64,000 bases of DNA from an uncultured Spirochaetota bacterium (GCA_963820525.1 CAWGAA010000003.1:704001-768000), one strand, 5' to 3'. Positions 1 through 12,351 are shown, counted from the first letter of the stretch. Numbers and translations: made by a program. Notes: generated from the sequence alone by a model not told the origin.

Positions 1-2
1 GT

Positions 3-1566
3 GTGAGGGAGTTCGACCTCATCGTCATCGGGTCCGGCGTCGCCGGCCTGACCTGCGCCCTGGCGGCGGCGGAGGAGGGCAGGAACGTCGCCCTGCTCTC
101 CAAGGAGCCGTCCCTGAGAGAGTGCAACACCTGGTACGCGCAGGGCGGCATCGTGGCCTCCGGCGCGGGGGACTCTCCGCAGCTTCTTGCGCGCGATATA
201 ACCGAGGCGGGAGATTCCATGAGCTTCAGCGAGGCCGTCGAGCTTCTTGCCGCCGAAGGCCCGCCCTTCGTGGAAGAGTTCCTGGTCAAAAGGCTCGCGG
301 TCCCCTTTTCGCGCTCCGCCGACGGCACAATCGCCTTGACCCGGGAAGCGGCCCATTCGGTCCGCAGGATCCTCTTTGCCCAGGACGTGACGGGCCAGGC
401 AGTGGAGACCTCGCTTCTCGCCGCCGTCCAGGGCCGGCCGGGGATCTCCGTTTTCCCCTCTCACGCCGCCATCGATCTCATCACCAACACCCACAACTCC
501 ACCGATTCCCAGGAACGCTATCGGGAGACGCGCGTCCTGGGCGCGTACGTATGGGACGAGGCCGCCGCCCGCGTGGAGATCTTCTTCGCACCCGCCGTCG
601 TGCTGGCCACGGGAGGGGTCGGCAATCTCTTCCTCCACACGTCGAATCCTCCCGGCGCCACGGGGGACGGCATCGCCATGGCTCGGAGGATCGGCGTCGA
701 GGTTCTGAACGCGGAGTACGTCCAGTTCCATCCCACGATCCTTTTTCACCGCGACATCAAGCGCTTCCTGATCTCCGAAACGCTGCGGGGCGAGGGGGCC
801 CGCCTTCGAAACCACCGGGGCGAGTATTTCATGACGCGCTATGATCCCGGGCTCGCCGACCTGGCCCCCCGGGACGAGGTATCGCGCGCAATGTACCGGG
901 AGATGGAAGAAGAAGGTTCCGAGTACCTGCTGCTCGATGCCACCCGCATCAGCGGATTCCCGCTGGAGGAGCGCTTCCCCGGGATCTTCACCACCTGCAT
1001 GAAGGCGGGAATCGATATCGGCAGGGAGCCGATCCCCGTCGTTCCCGCCGCCCACTACTTCTGCGGCGGGGTGAAGGTGGACCTGTGCGGAAGGAGCTCG
1101 GTGCCGGGGCTGTTCGCCGTGGGAGAAGCGGCCTGCACGGGCGTTCACGGGGCGAACCGTCTCGCTTCCGTTTCGCTTCTGGAGGGTCTATTCTTCGGCT
1201 GGCGGGCGGGCAAGGAGGCGGCGGGGAGCCTTCGCCCCATTGCCCGTGCAGATGAAGGAAGGAATCCCCGAGTGGGTGTCCCCGTCCCCCGAGGAGGAGT
1301 TCGACCCCGTTTTGATCCAGCAGGACATGCTCACCATCCAGTCCACGATGTGGAACTATGCCGGGGTGATCAGAACCAGGAAGAGGCTCCTTCGCGCCAT
1401 GGCGGACCTGAACTACCTCAGGCACAGGATCGAGCAGTTCTATCGCCAGGCTCAGATCTCCCGCCCGATTATCGAACTGCGCAATGCCCTCGTCGCGGCC
1501 ACGATAATCGTCTCCGCCGCCTACTCCAACAAATCGTCGCGGGGCTGCCACTACGTGGAGCCGTGA
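3..1566 (+). CDS. nadB: L-aspartate oxidase (frameshifted near 1235-1240, probably a sequencing indel)
   Basis: FAD motif DLIVIGSGVAG, NTWYAQGGI, EAAHSVRRI, EYVQFHPT, LISETLRGEG, LAPRDEVSR, AAHYFCGG, GVHGANRLASVSLLE; the C-terminal helical domain ending SRGCHY is in the +1 frame (ORF 1240..1566). Confidence 0.9.
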
Positions 1567-1580
1567 GAAAGGAAGAAGAG

Positions 1581-2963
1581 ATGAGCAGCACGCACGTTCT
1601 GCGCCGCTCCCTCCTTTTATGCGCCTCGGTGGCGCTTCTCTCATCATGCGCCGGCCTGCGTTTCCGCTATGCCGCTGACCGTGAGCTGGCCGCGCTTCTG
1701 GCGGAGCCCAAGCCCTCGTACCCCGAGGCGCGCTTCGCCGTCCTGAGCGATCCCCACCTCTATGACAGGATCCTGGGAATCGAGGGCCCCGATTTCAGCG
1801 CGTACATGGAAGAGGACAGAAAGCTGCTCGCGGAGAGCGAAGAGATCCTGGCCACGGCGATCGGGATGGTGGAGAGCTGGGGCGTGAAGTTTCTCCTTAT
1901 CCCCGGAGACCTTACCAAGGACGGGGAGAAGCAGGACCACCTGCTCATGGCGAGGCACCTCGAGGAGCTTGCGGGCACGGGAGTGCGGATCTACGTCGTG
2001 CCGGGAAACCACGATATCGAAAACCCGCACGCCCATCGCTTCACGGCGCAGGGCTCCGAGAGGATTCCCGGTATCAGGCCGGAGGAGTTCGCCGAAATCT
2101 ACAAGGACTTCGGCTACGGCTCGGCTCTCTTCCGGGATCCGGCTTCCCTCTCCTACGTGGCGGAGCCGGTGCCGGGGCTCTGGCTCCTGGCCGTTTCCTC
2201 CGCGGACTACGCCGAGAACGAGAAGCTGGGAGCTCCCAGGACCAGCGGGAGGCTCTCACAGGCCACCGTCGACTGGATCGAGGACACACTCGGTGAGGCG
2301 CTCCGCCAGGGCAAGGCCGTGGTCGCAATGATGCATCATGGAATCCTGGAGCATTACAGAGGCCAGGAGAAGTACGCCGCGGAATACGTCATCCAGGATT
2401 ACAGGAACCTTTCCTCCCTGTTTGCGGCCTATGGGGTGCGCGTCGTTTTCACCGGGCATTACCACTCCCAGGATATCACCCTGGCCCGATGGGAAGGCGG
2501 CAGGTTTCTCTACGATATAGAAACGGGCTCGCTGGTCACCGCGCCCAATCCCGTCAGATCCGTGGAGATCCTCCCGTCAGGGCAAATGGTCGTGAAGTCT
2601 TTCCCCATCACGCAGATTCCCTCCTTCGCCCAGCAGGGAAAGGATTTTGCCGCTTATTCCGAAGAGTTCACCCACAGCGGCATCGCGGCGATAGCGACCA
2701 AGACGATGAAGGATCTGGGCGTTCCGCAGGAGGAGAGGGCGATCCTGGCGCCCGAGATCGCGGATGCGGTGGTGGCCCACTACAAGGGCGACGAGAAGTT
2801 CGCCGGCACGGAGATGATCAAGACCAAGGGCTTGAGCTTCATGGGAGGCCTCGTCGTAGGAAGCAGGAAGGATTTCATCACGGGGCTCTGGACCGATCTC
2901 GCACCGCCGGACAACGACATCACGGTGGACCTCGGCTCAGGTAAATGGAGCGCCGGGGAATAA
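1581..2963 (+). CDS. Calcineurin-like metallophosphoesterase, predicted lipoprotein
   Basis: Own purine-rich RBS and ATG at 1581; lipobox LLSSC; motifs SDPH, GDLT, GNHD, HH, GHYH. Confidence 0.85.
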   Translation: MSSTHVLRRSLLLCASVALLSSCAGLRFRYAADRELAALLAEPKPSYPEARFAVLSDPHLYDRILGIEGPDFSAYMEEDRKLLAESEEILATAIGMVESWGVKFLLIPGDLTKDGEKQDHLLMARHLEELAGTGVRIYVVPGNHDIENPHAHRFTAQGSERIPGIRPEEFAEIYKDFGYGSALFRDPASLSYVAEPVPGLWLLAVSSADYAENEKLGAPRTSGRLSQATVDWIEDTLGEALRQGKAVVAMMHHGILEHYRGQEKYAAEYVIQDYRNLSSLFAAYGVRVVFTGHYHSQDITLARWEGGRFLYDIETGSLVTAPNPVRSVEILPSGQMVVKSFPITQIPSFAQQGKDFAAYSEEFTHSGIAAIATKTMKDLGVPQEERAILAPEIADAVVAHYKGDEKFAGTEMIKTKGLSFMGGLVVGSRKDFITGLWTDLAPPDNDITVDLGSGKWSAGE

Positions 2964-2982
2964 GAGGCTCCGTCTTCAGCCT

Positions 2983-3474
2983 TTAGTAGCCGACCCGTCC
3001 CGCGGCCTCGATTTCAGCGAGGGCTTCCTTTGCCTTGGGGACGGTTTCCTCCGGCTTCACCTTGTACCATGCCCGCAGGATCTTTCCCTCCTCGTCGATC
3101 AGGAAGGAGGAGCGGGTGATGCCGTGAAACAGCTTGCCGTACATCGACTTGTCGCCCCACACCCCGTACGCCTCGGCCACGGTGTGCTCCGTGTCGGCCA
3201 GGAGGGGGAAGCCGAGCGAGTATTTGAGGTCGAACTTCTTCTGATCTTCCGGGGGATCGGGGCTTATGCCGACCACTTCCATGGACAGCTTCTTGAGGTC
3301 CTGCCGCGCATCACGCACGCTGCATGACTGGGTGGTGCAGCCCGGTGTGTCCGCCTTGGGATAGAAGTACACCAGGAGCTTGCGCCCCCGATAATCTGAG
3401 AGTTTCACAGTCTTGCCGTCTTGATCCTTGAGAGCGAACTCCGGGGCTTTCTGTCCCTTCTCGAGCGTTGCCAT
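2983..3474 (-). CDS. bcp: Thioredoxin-dependent thiol peroxidase (BCP/PrxQ)
   Basis: YFYPKADTPGCTTQSC (PxxxTxxCxxxxC), GISPD, RSSFLIDEEG; AGGAG RBS upstream. Confidence 0.93.
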   Translation of the reverse strand: MATLEKGQKAPEFALKDQDGKTVKLSDYRGRKLLVYFYPKADTPGCTTQSCSVRDARQDLKKLSMEVVGISPDPPEDQKKFDLKYSLGFPLLADTEHTVAEAYGVWGDKSMYGKLFHGITRSSFLIDEEGKILRAWYKVKPEETVPKAKEALAEIEAAGRVGY

Positions 3475-3563
3475 CAAAGCCTCCTTGAGAAGAAGGTACG
3501 GAAGGGGTCTGCGGTAGTCAACAAAGCTTGCGCTCCCCGAGGGGCGCGGTCTACACTCGATCG

Positions 3564-4811
3564 ATGCATCAGGAGGGCCCGACAGCAGTCATTCACCTCG
3601 CCGACAGCCGCCTCATGAGCGAGCTCGGCGACGGCGCCGTGGATCTGGCTGTCACCTCTCCCCCGTACTGGCACATCAAGGATTACGGCTCCCCCGGCCA
3701 GATCGGCTACGGCCAGAGCCTCCATGAATACCTTGCCTCCCTTTTCCTCGTGTGGAGGGAATGCCGCCGCGTCCTCGGCGAGGGCGGCAGGCTGTGTGTG
3801 AACGTGGGCGATCAGTTCGCGCGCTCCGTCGTCTACGGCCGTTATCGCGTCATCCCCCTTCACGCCGAGATCATCAGGCAGTGCGAGCTGCTCGAGCTGG
3901 ATTTCCTCGGCTCAATCGTCTGGCAGAAAAGGACGACGATGAACACCTCCGGAGGGGCGGTGATCATGGGCTCGTTCCCGTTCCCGCCGAACGGCATCGT
4001 GGAGCTTGACTACGAGCACATCCTCATCTTCAAGAAGCCGGGCAAAAGCCGCACGGTCGCGCGAGAGATCAAGGAGGCGTCGCGGCTCACGACGGAGGAA
4101 TGGAAGAGCTTCTTCTCAGGCCACTGGAGCTTCGCGGGCGCACGGAAGAGCGGGGGCCACGAAGCGGCCTTCCCCGAGGAGCTTCCCCGCAGGCTCATCC
4201 GGATGTTCAGCTACAAGGGTGACACGGTACTCGATCCCTTCCTCGGAAGCGGGACCACCGCGGTGGCCGCCCTGGAGCTCGGGAGAAGCGCGGTGGGCTA
4301 CGAGATCAATGAGGAGTTCGCGCGGATGGCGCAGGCCAGGATCAGAAACCGGTTGGGGCCGTTGGGCGGGGACGCGGCGCTCTGCATGCGCGCGAGGGAC
4401 GCAATTCACCCTGTGGAGGAGGCGAGCTACAAGCCGGGAATTGCCGATGCCCAGAGGCCGAGGACAACGGAGAAAAAGAACGGGGGGATCCAGCTCCACA
4501 GCGTGGTTGCCGTGCTGGACGACTGCGCCATCGAGCTCGACTCTGGGGAGGTGGTTCGCTTCCTCGGCGTTCGAATCTCAGACCGAGAGACCGCCAGAAG
4601 ATACATGAAGGAGAAGCTTCTCAGGAAGAAGGTTTTCCTGAGGGACGCGCTCCGCGACGGGGAAGGGCCAACGGCGGCATATGTCTACCTGAAAAACAGG
4701 ATCTTCGTGAACGCGTACCTCATAAAATCCGGGATGGCGACGCCGGACGGCTCGCGGCACAGGCATCGAAAACGATTCGAGGCAATGCGGGAAGACGCGG
4801 CAGAGGCGTAG
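3564..4811 (+). CDS. Beta-class N4-C/N6-A DNA methyltransferase with C-terminal thermonuclease (SNase)-like domain
   Basis: Motif IV TSPPY precedes motif I DPFLGSGTT; HEAAFPEELPRRLI; C-terminal VVRFLGV...AYVYL...FVNAYLIKSGMA resembles the SNase OB fold. Confidence 0.85.
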   Translation: MHQEGPTAVIHLADSRLMSELGDGAVDLAVTSPPYWHIKDYGSPGQIGYGQSLHEYLASLFLVWRECRRVLGEGGRLCVNVGDQFARSVVYGRYRVIPLHAEIIRQCELLELDFLGSIVWQKRTTMNTSGGAVIMGSFPFPPNGIVELDYEHILIFKKPGKSRTVAREIKEASRLTTEEWKSFFSGHWSFAGARKSGGHEAAFPEELPRRLIRMFSYKGDTVLDPFLGSGTTAVAALELGRSAVGYEINEEFARMAQARIRNRLGPLGGDAALCMRARDAIHPVEEASYKPGIADAQRPRTTEKKNGGIQLHSVVAVLDDCAIELDSGEVVRFLGVRISDRETARRYMKEKLLRKKVFLRDALRDGEGPTAAYVYLKNRIFVNAYLIKSGMATPDGSRHRHRKRFEAMREDAAEA

Positions 4812-4873
4812 AGGCGAAGCATCGGGAGGCGCCGGAAGCGCGGCGGGGAGGCAAGGCGCGCCGGCGGCACCCG

Positions 4874-5374
4874 CTACAGCCCGAGGGCGGCGCAGAGCAG
4901 GGGAAACTCGTGCTCGAACATCGGGGTGAGAAGGCCCGTCCCCAGCATCCGCCGGATCTCATCGATGTGGAAGAATCGGCCCTCCTGGATCTCGCTAAAA
5001 TCGACGCTGATCTCACCGTCGCACTCGAGGGAAAAGCAGAAGGCGTATTCGGTCTCGAAGCTCCCGCTGTGGTAGAGAAACTCGTAGAGGCGGCGGGCGC
5101 CCGAAGCATCGATTCCCAGCTCCTCCCGCGCTTCCCGAAGCAAAGCCTCTTCGACGCGCTCACCAGCGGTTACGTGCCCACCCACCGACGTATCCCACCG
5201 CCCCGGATTGGTGTCCTTCGTGAGGGCCCTCCTCTGGAGGAAGATGCGCCTCCGCGAGTCCAAGACGTGGAGGTGGACCACGCTGTGAATGAGTCGGGGA
5301 TTGCCGTGGCACTCCGAGCGAGGCGCCTGCCCGATGGGATTCCCGTTTTCATCGACGAGCTGAAACAGTTCCAT
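4874..5374 (-). CDS. NUDIX hydrolase (IPP-isomerase-like subgroup)
   Basis: LQRRALTKDTNPGRWDTSVGGHVTAGE...REAREELGI Nudix box. Confidence 0.88.
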   Translation of the reverse strand: MELFQLVDENGNPIGQAPRSECHGNPRLIHSVVHLHVLDSRRRIFLQRRALTKDTNPGRWDTSVGGHVTAGERVEEALLREAREELGIDASGARRLYEFLYHSGSFETEYAFCFSLECDGEISVDFSEIQEGRFFHIDEIRRMLGTGLLTPMFEHEFPLLCAALGL

Positions 5375-5450
5375 AACCCTCCCGGCCGGTGATGATTTCC
5401 CTTCAATAATAATCGATACTACCATATACTACCGTCGAGCGAGGAAAGGC

Positions 5451-6296
5451 ATGCGAATCAGAATCTGGGGTTGCCGCGGATCCCTCACCACCGCGGGGCG
5501 GGACGTGGTCCGCTACGGCGGCTTCACGACGTGCGTCGAAGTGAGGCTTGCCGACGGCACTCTCGTCGTGCTGGACTCGGGCTCGGGGATCCACAAGCTG
5601 GGAAACCGCCTTCAGAGCGAGCCGGGGGTTCGCGAAATGTACCTCCTCCTCACCCATTCCCACTGGGACCACCTCACGGGATTTCCCTTCTTCACGCCGG
5701 CATACCTCCCGGACTACAGGATTCACGTGCGCGGCGGTCCCGACGCGAAGGTCTCGCTTCACAAGTACCTGGCCCATCAGATGGATCCGCCCTATTTTCC
5801 CGTGGACTTCAGCCTCCTCAAGGCGGGCTTCGATTTCGGAAGCGAGGAGTCCCGGACCATCTCCATCGGATCCGCGGTGGCCGTTCCCGTGCCCCTGAGC
5901 CACCCCAACGGCGGCTATGGATTCATCTTCCAGGAGGACGGAAAACGCTTTGTCTTCCTCACGGACAACGAGATCGGTTACTCCCATCCCGGAGGGCTGC
6001 GCGACGTGGACTACCTCGAGGCGGCGCGGGGCGCGGACCTTCTTCTTCACGACGCTCAATACAGCGACGAGGAGTACGCCGCGCGCACGCGAGGCTGGGG
6101 CCACTCCAGCTACTCCAACGCCGCCGAGTTCGCCGTCAAGGCCGGCGTGAAGCGCTTCGGCACGTTCCATCACGACCCGGACCACGGCGACGGGGAGATC
6201 GACGCCTCCATCCGACTGTGCCGCTCGATCATCGAGCGTCATGGGGCGAAAATAGAGTGCTTCGGCGTGGCCGAAGGGATGGTGCTCTCGGTCTGA
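5451..6296 (+). CDS. MBL-fold metallohydrolase
   Basis: WGCRGS, LDSGSG, THSHWDH, LSHP, TDNE, HDAQY, WGHS, FHHDP. Confidence 0.88.
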   Translation: MRIRIWGCRGSLTTAGRDVVRYGGFTTCVEVRLADGTLVVLDSGSGIHKLGNRLQSEPGVREMYLLLTHSHWDHLTGFPFFTPAYLPDYRIHVRGGPDAKVSLHKYLAHQMDPPYFPVDFSLLKAGFDFGSEESRTISIGSAVAVPVPLSHPNGGYGFIFQEDGKRFVFLTDNEIGYSHPGGLRDVDYLEAARGADLLLHDAQYSDEEYAARTRGWGHSSYSNAAEFAVKAGVKRFGTFHHDPDHGDGEIDASIRLCRSIIERHGAKIECFGVAEGMVLSV

Positions 6297-6308
6297 GAGA
6301 AGAGGCCT

Positions 6309-8606
6309 TCAGCTCCCCGCCTTTCTTGCCAGGTTATACGAGACGAAGGTATCCAGGGAGGAGATGGCGGAGCGGATGTCGGCGTACACGGGGAGCCCTC
6401 CTTCCTCCAGCACGGAAACGAAGTCCCCGTAGTGCCTGCCCGCGTTCACCGAGACGACCATGGGCTTGCTGGAGCGGGAAGCGAGGGACACCAGGAGGCC
6501 GGCAAGGCCGTCGGGTTCGCGGCACGTCTCGGGGATCGTCTTGAGGGTGACGGCGTGGGGGACAATCGCGACGAACACGCAGTCGACGCCGGGATCCCGC
6601 ATCACCGCCTCCACGTAGTCCGCGTACTGCCTGTCGTCCGCCATCGGGGTCACATCGAGGAACGGCGTCGATGTATCGACGAGGCCGGAGCGGTTGATCT
6701 CATTGAGCCTCTCGAGGGTAGCGGCGGAAAGCGCCGCCTGGCGCAGCCCCGCCAGCTCGTCGGCCCCGACCGTGGATTCGAACCCGGCGTTGACCACCCC
6801 CGCCACCCGGTTTCCCGAGGGCGGCCGCGATGCGAGAAGGGAGAAAGTCTTCACGAGGTCGTAGTACTCCTCCATGGTCTTTGCCGGGATGACGCCCGCC
6901 TGCCGGCAGGCCGCCTGAAAGACATCGTAGCTTCCCGACATGGATGCCGTGTGCGACGCCGCCGACCGCGCCCCCGCCTCGGTTCTGCCGCCCTTGTAGA
7001 CCACGATCGGCTTTCCCATGCCAACCGCCATATCGTAGAACCTGCGCCCCTCCCCCGGATCGAAACCTTCCACGTAGATCGCTACCACCCGAATGGAAGG
7101 GTCGCGCTCGAAGTATGCCATGAGATCGGAGAGGTTCACGTCGAACTTGTTTCCGAAGCTCACGACGGAACGCAGCGGCCCGCTGCTCTTCAGCTTGTCC
7201 AGCACGGTCACGGCCAGGGCGCCGCTCTGGGTCAGAAGCACGGCATCGGCGCGCTCCGAGGCCCGGACCTCGAGGCGCTTCTCGTTGATGAAAAGGGTGT
7301 TGATGCCCTTCGCGGCGGGGGCGGCATCCGGGGCGGCGGGCGCTGCAATGTCGCGCGCCCCGCTGCCGGGGGTCCAGAACACGCCCATGCAGTTTGGCCC
7401 CAGAACCCTTACTCCGGGCGGCACCGCCTCCCTGAGCCTCGCCGCGTAGTCCGCATAGCGCATCGAAGCCGGGATGCCGGGAATCAGGATCACGGCTTTC
7501 ACCGCGGTTCCCTGGAGGCTCCGGAGGAAGTCAGGCGCGTTCTGCGCCGGGGCGGCATACACGGCAAGCTCGACGGGCGCGGGCAGGTCCGAGATTCCGC
7601 CGTAGAGGGCGTATTCGCGCTGCCCGAAGCGCAGGGTGCCGCCCCGGGGGTTGATGAGAAAAAGGTCGTCCCGCTCTAGATCGCTCAACAGCTCGGCGAT
7701 GTCCCTCCCGAGGCTGTACTTGGAAAGATCGGACGACACCCCGATAACCGCCACGCCTCGAGGCCGGAACAGCGCGTCGAGGCCTTCGGCATTGGCCCCC
7801 GGCGCCCAGGCGTCGGCGTCAGACGCCGTCCTGAACTCGGCCAGGCCGTCGAGGGCGACGAACCTGTGGTCCTTCGAGATGGCAAAGGGATTCACCTCGA
7901 GCGCCGTAAGGATGAATCCGGGAGAGGCGGCGATGGGCGAGTAATGGTACGCCAGCATGCTCATCCCCGCCACGGCACGCGCCATCAGCTCGAGATACTC
8001 GGGGTGTCCGATACTCTCGAACTTGTTCCTGATGTGCAGGGAGCGCATCAAGTCGAGGGCCGCGGAGTAGTCCATGGGCGGCAGAAAGAGGTTGGCTGGG
8101 TCATAGTTGGCCGCGAAGAACTCGGCGTCATCTCCCCCCTTGCTCACGGTGAGGACCGGCCCGAAGGCTGGATCTTCCCGGAAGCCTACCAGGACCTCGT
8201 AGCCGAGAGCTTGCGTGTGCGGTACGTATTCGACCAGCAGGAAACCGGCGAGCGCCGGCGCCTCGCCCGGGGAGAAGTGAGAAAGGACCTCCTGGCGCAT
8301 CCGCTCCAGGACGAACTGCACGAAGAGCGGGTCCGCGGTGGGGGCTTTTTTCACCCCGCCGATCTTCTGTTTGTGAGGAATGGCCGGCGAGACGATCTTG
8401 GCCACGACGGTATGCCCGAAGCCGGAGAGCTTTCCCGCGGTTACCTCGGCAGGGTCGCGGACAAAGAGGAATCGCGGCGCGTCCAGTCCGATTGTGGACA
8501 GGATGCGGTACACCTCGTGCTCGTAAAGGCTGTGCCTGCCCTCGTCACGGGCCGCGGCGAGGACCCCGTCGATCTGACGGACCATGTCGGACGTGAGATC
8601 GGACAT
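6309..8606 (-). CDS. ADP-forming acyl/acetate-CoA ligase, fused ATP-grasp (beta) + CoA-binding (alpha) domains
   Basis: KIVSPAIPHKQKIGGV, DPAFGPV, EVNPF; then VAVIGVS, LGPNCMG, TQSGA, FGNKFDV, AASHTAS (phospho-His). Confidence 0.85.
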   Translation of the reverse strand: MSDLTSDMVRQIDGVLAAARDEGRHSLYEHEVYRILSTIGLDAPRFLFVRDPAEVTAGKLSGFGHTVVAKIVSPAIPHKQKIGGVKKAPTADPLFVQFVLERMRQEVLSHFSPGEAPALAGFLLVEYVPHTQALGYEVLVGFREDPAFGPVLTVSKGGDDAEFFAANYDPANLFLPPMDYSAALDLMRSLHIRNKFESIGHPEYLELMARAVAGMSMLAYHYSPIAASPGFILTALEVNPFAISKDHRFVALDGLAEFRTASDADAWAPGANAEGLDALFRPRGVAVIGVSSDLSKYSLGRDIAELLSDLERDDLFLINPRGGTLRFGQREYALYGGISDLPAPVELAVYAAPAQNAPDFLRSLQGTAVKAVILIPGIPASMRYADYAARLREAVPPGVRVLGPNCMGVFWTPGSGARDIAAPAAPDAAPAAKGINTLFINEKRLEVRASERADAVLLTQSGALAVTVLDKLKSSGPLRSVVSFGNKFDVNLSDLMAYFERDPSIRVVAIYVEGFDPGEGRRFYDMAVGMGKPIVVYKGGRTEAGARSAASHTASMSGSYDVFQAACRQAGVIPAKTMEEYYDLVKTFSLLASRPPSGNRVAGVVNAGFESTVGADELAGLRQAALSAATLERLNEINRSGLVDTSTPFLDVTPMADDRQYADYVEAVMRDPGVDCVFVAIVPHAVTLKTIPETCREPDGLAGLLVSLASRSSKPMVVSVNAGRHYGDFVSVLEEGGLPVYADIRSAISSLDTFVSYNLARKAGS

Positions 8607-8822
8607 TCATCCCCCGTGGGGTGAATGTAGCATGCCGCACGCCAAAATGCAGCCATCCGGGCGGGGCGCCGCGGCCGGAATCAGGTCGGTTTTATCCACA
8701 TTTTCTCGGAGATGGTTCATATTCCGCACGCCGAACTAGAGGCATTTTTATCGTTGAATGCTCAGAAAAACGTTTCTCGCTGCGTTGCACAGGGAGTCGC
8801 CATCACCTCGGGAATCAAATAG

Positions 8823-10361
<1,539 letters not shown>

Positions 10362-10422
10362 TGGCCTTGCTCGGCCAGCGCGGCCGGATGTATTATCCAA
10401 TGGGGAAGAGAAAGGCTCGCCT

Positions 10423-12351
10423 ATGAGTTGGCAATACCTTCGGGCTTCCATCGAAGGCGGATTCTGGAGGGATCTGCGATCACTGGTGCGCGAGCGCGTG
10501 CTTCCCTACCAGTGGCAGGCCTTGAACGACGAGATTCCCGGCGCGCCCAAAAGCCACTCAATGGAGAATTACAGAATTGCCGCCGGTTTGAGCCAGGGAG
10601 AGTATCACGGCATGGTCTTTCAGGACAGCGACCTCGCCAAGTGGCTCGAAGCGGCCGGTCACATCCTGACGGACCCGGGGGAGGAGAAAGGGCGTATCAC
10701 GGCATGGGTGGATGAAGCCATCGACGTCATCGCGGCCGCTCAACAGGAGGACGGCTACCTCGATACCTACTTCACCGTGAAGGAGCCGGGACGGCGCTGG
10801 AAAAACCTGCGCGAAGCGCACGAGCTGTACTGCGCAGGCCACATGATCGAGGCGGGGGTGGCGGCGTATCGGGGCACGGGAAGCAAGAAGATCCTGGAGG
10901 TCGTGCGGCGCCTGGCGGACCACATCGACTCCCGCTTCGGACCCTCGGGCAAGATCAAGGGCTACCCCGGACACCCGGAGGTAGAGCTCGCCCTGGTCAA
11001 GCTCTACCGCCTGACCGGGGAAAAGCGCTACCTGTCCCTGGCCAAGTTTTTCGTGGACGAGCGCGGAAGCTCGCCGAACTACTTTCTCCAAGAGGCCGCT
11101 GCCCCCGATTTCACGCCGATCTGGGACATCCGCGATATGGAGTACTTCCAGGCGCACCTTCCCGTTCGCGAGCAGACCGAGGCCACGGGCCATGCCGTAC
11201 GCTTGATGTACCTCTGCACGGCAATGGCCGACATTTCCCTGGAGACGGCGGACGAGGAGCTTGCCCGCGCCTGCGAGAGGCTCTGGGAAAGCGCTGCGAT
11301 GCGGCGGATGTTCGTGACGGGTGGAATCGGCACCGCGGCGCATCACGAGGCGTTCACCTTCGACTTCGACCTGCCCAACGATTCGGCGTACGCGGAGACC
11401 TGCGCCGCGATCGGTCTTTTCATCTTTTCAAACCGGATGGCGGTCCTCAGCAGCGACGCGCGCTATGCCGACGTCATGGAGCGCGCCATCTACAACGGCG
11501 CCCTCGCCGGCCTCGCCCTCGACGGGCGGGCGTATTTCTACGTGAATCCGCTGGAGGTGCTCCCCGAAGCCTGTGACAGGAATCCGGCGCTGAAACATGT
11601 GAAATACAGGCGGCAGCCGTGGTACGGGTGCGCCTGCTGCCCGCCGAACATCGCACGCATTCTCGCCTCCCTGGGAGAGTACGTCTACCACGCGGACGGG
11701 GACACTCTCTTCGCGGACCTGTACCATGACGGCTCGATCTCCTGCGAGCTTGAGGGCAGGCAGGTGGCCATCCGCCAGCGGACCGACTATCCGTGGACGG
11801 GATCGATCGTGCTGGAGCTCGCCGCGGACCGGCCGGCTGAATTCGAGCTCGCGCTGCGCATCCCCGGCTGGTGCCGCAATCCGTCGTTGGCCCTCAACGG
11901 GAAGGCGCAGGATGTGTCCTCCGCCATGAGGAAAGGGTACGCGCGCCTGCGGAGGGTCTGGCGAAAGGCGGATCGCCTCGAGCTTACCCTTCCGATGCCC
12001 GTCGAGCGGATGCGGGCGGATCCCCGGGTGAGGGCAGATTACGGGAAAGTGGCGCTCCAGAGGGGTCCCATCGTCTATTGCCTGGAGGAAACGGACAACG
12101 GCCCGAACCTCCACATGATAACGCTTCCGCCCGAGGCGGCTCTCAGCACGACGGAGCGTCCCGACATGCTCGGCGGGATCGTGGCGGTGAGGGCGAGCGG
12201 CCGCGTCTCTAGCGGCGGCGTACCGGCGGCAGGGCTGTATCGGAACGGCGCCCGTCCCGCCGCCACCGAAGAAAAGCAGCTGCTCTTCATCCCCTACTAT
12301 TCATGGGCGAACCGGGAGCCCGGGGAGATGACTGTCTGGGTGCAGGAATGA
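10423..12351 (+). CDS. Beta-L-arabinofuranosidase, GH127
   Basis: FQDSDLAKWLEA, HELYCAGH, GHPEVELAL, GHAVR, YAETCA, ACCPPN, IPYYSWANR. Confidence 0.93.
   Translation: MSWQYLRASIEGGFWRDLRSLVRERVLPYQWQALNDEIPGAPKSHSMENYRIAAGLSQGEYHGMVFQDSDLAKWLEAAGHILTDPGEEKGRITAWVDEAIDVIAAAQQEDGYLDTYFTVKEPGRRWKNLREAHELYCAGHMIEAGVAAYRGTGSKKILEVVRRLADHIDSRFGPSGKIKGYPGHPEVELALVKLYRLTGEKRYLSLAKFFVDERGSSPNYFLQEAAAPDFTPIWDIRDMEYFQAHLPVREQTEATGHAVRLMYLCTAMADISLETADEELARACERLWESAAMRRMFVTGGIGTAAHHEAFTFDFDLPNDSAYAETCAAIGLFIFSNRMAVLSSDARYADVMERAIYNGALAGLALDGRAYFYVNPLEVLPEACDRNPALKHVKYRRQPWYGCACCPPNIARILASLGEYVYHADGDTLFADLYHDGSISCELEGRQVAIRQRTDYPWTGSIVLELAADRPAEFELALRIPGWCRNPSLALNGKAQDVSSAMRKGYARLRRVWRKADRLELTLPMPVERMRADPRVRADYGKVALQRGPIVYCLEETDNGPNLHMITLPPEAALSTTERPDMLGGIVAVRASGRVSSGGVPAAGLYRNGARPAATEEKQLLFIPYYSWANREPGEMTVWVQE

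Noticed and set aside
3..2963. 986-aa NadB-metallophosphoesterase fusion in the ORF track
   Set aside because: Artefact of a frameshift near 1237: the true NadB C-terminus is in another frame, the linker is not protein-like, and the phosphoesterase has its own RBS, ATG and lipoprotein signal
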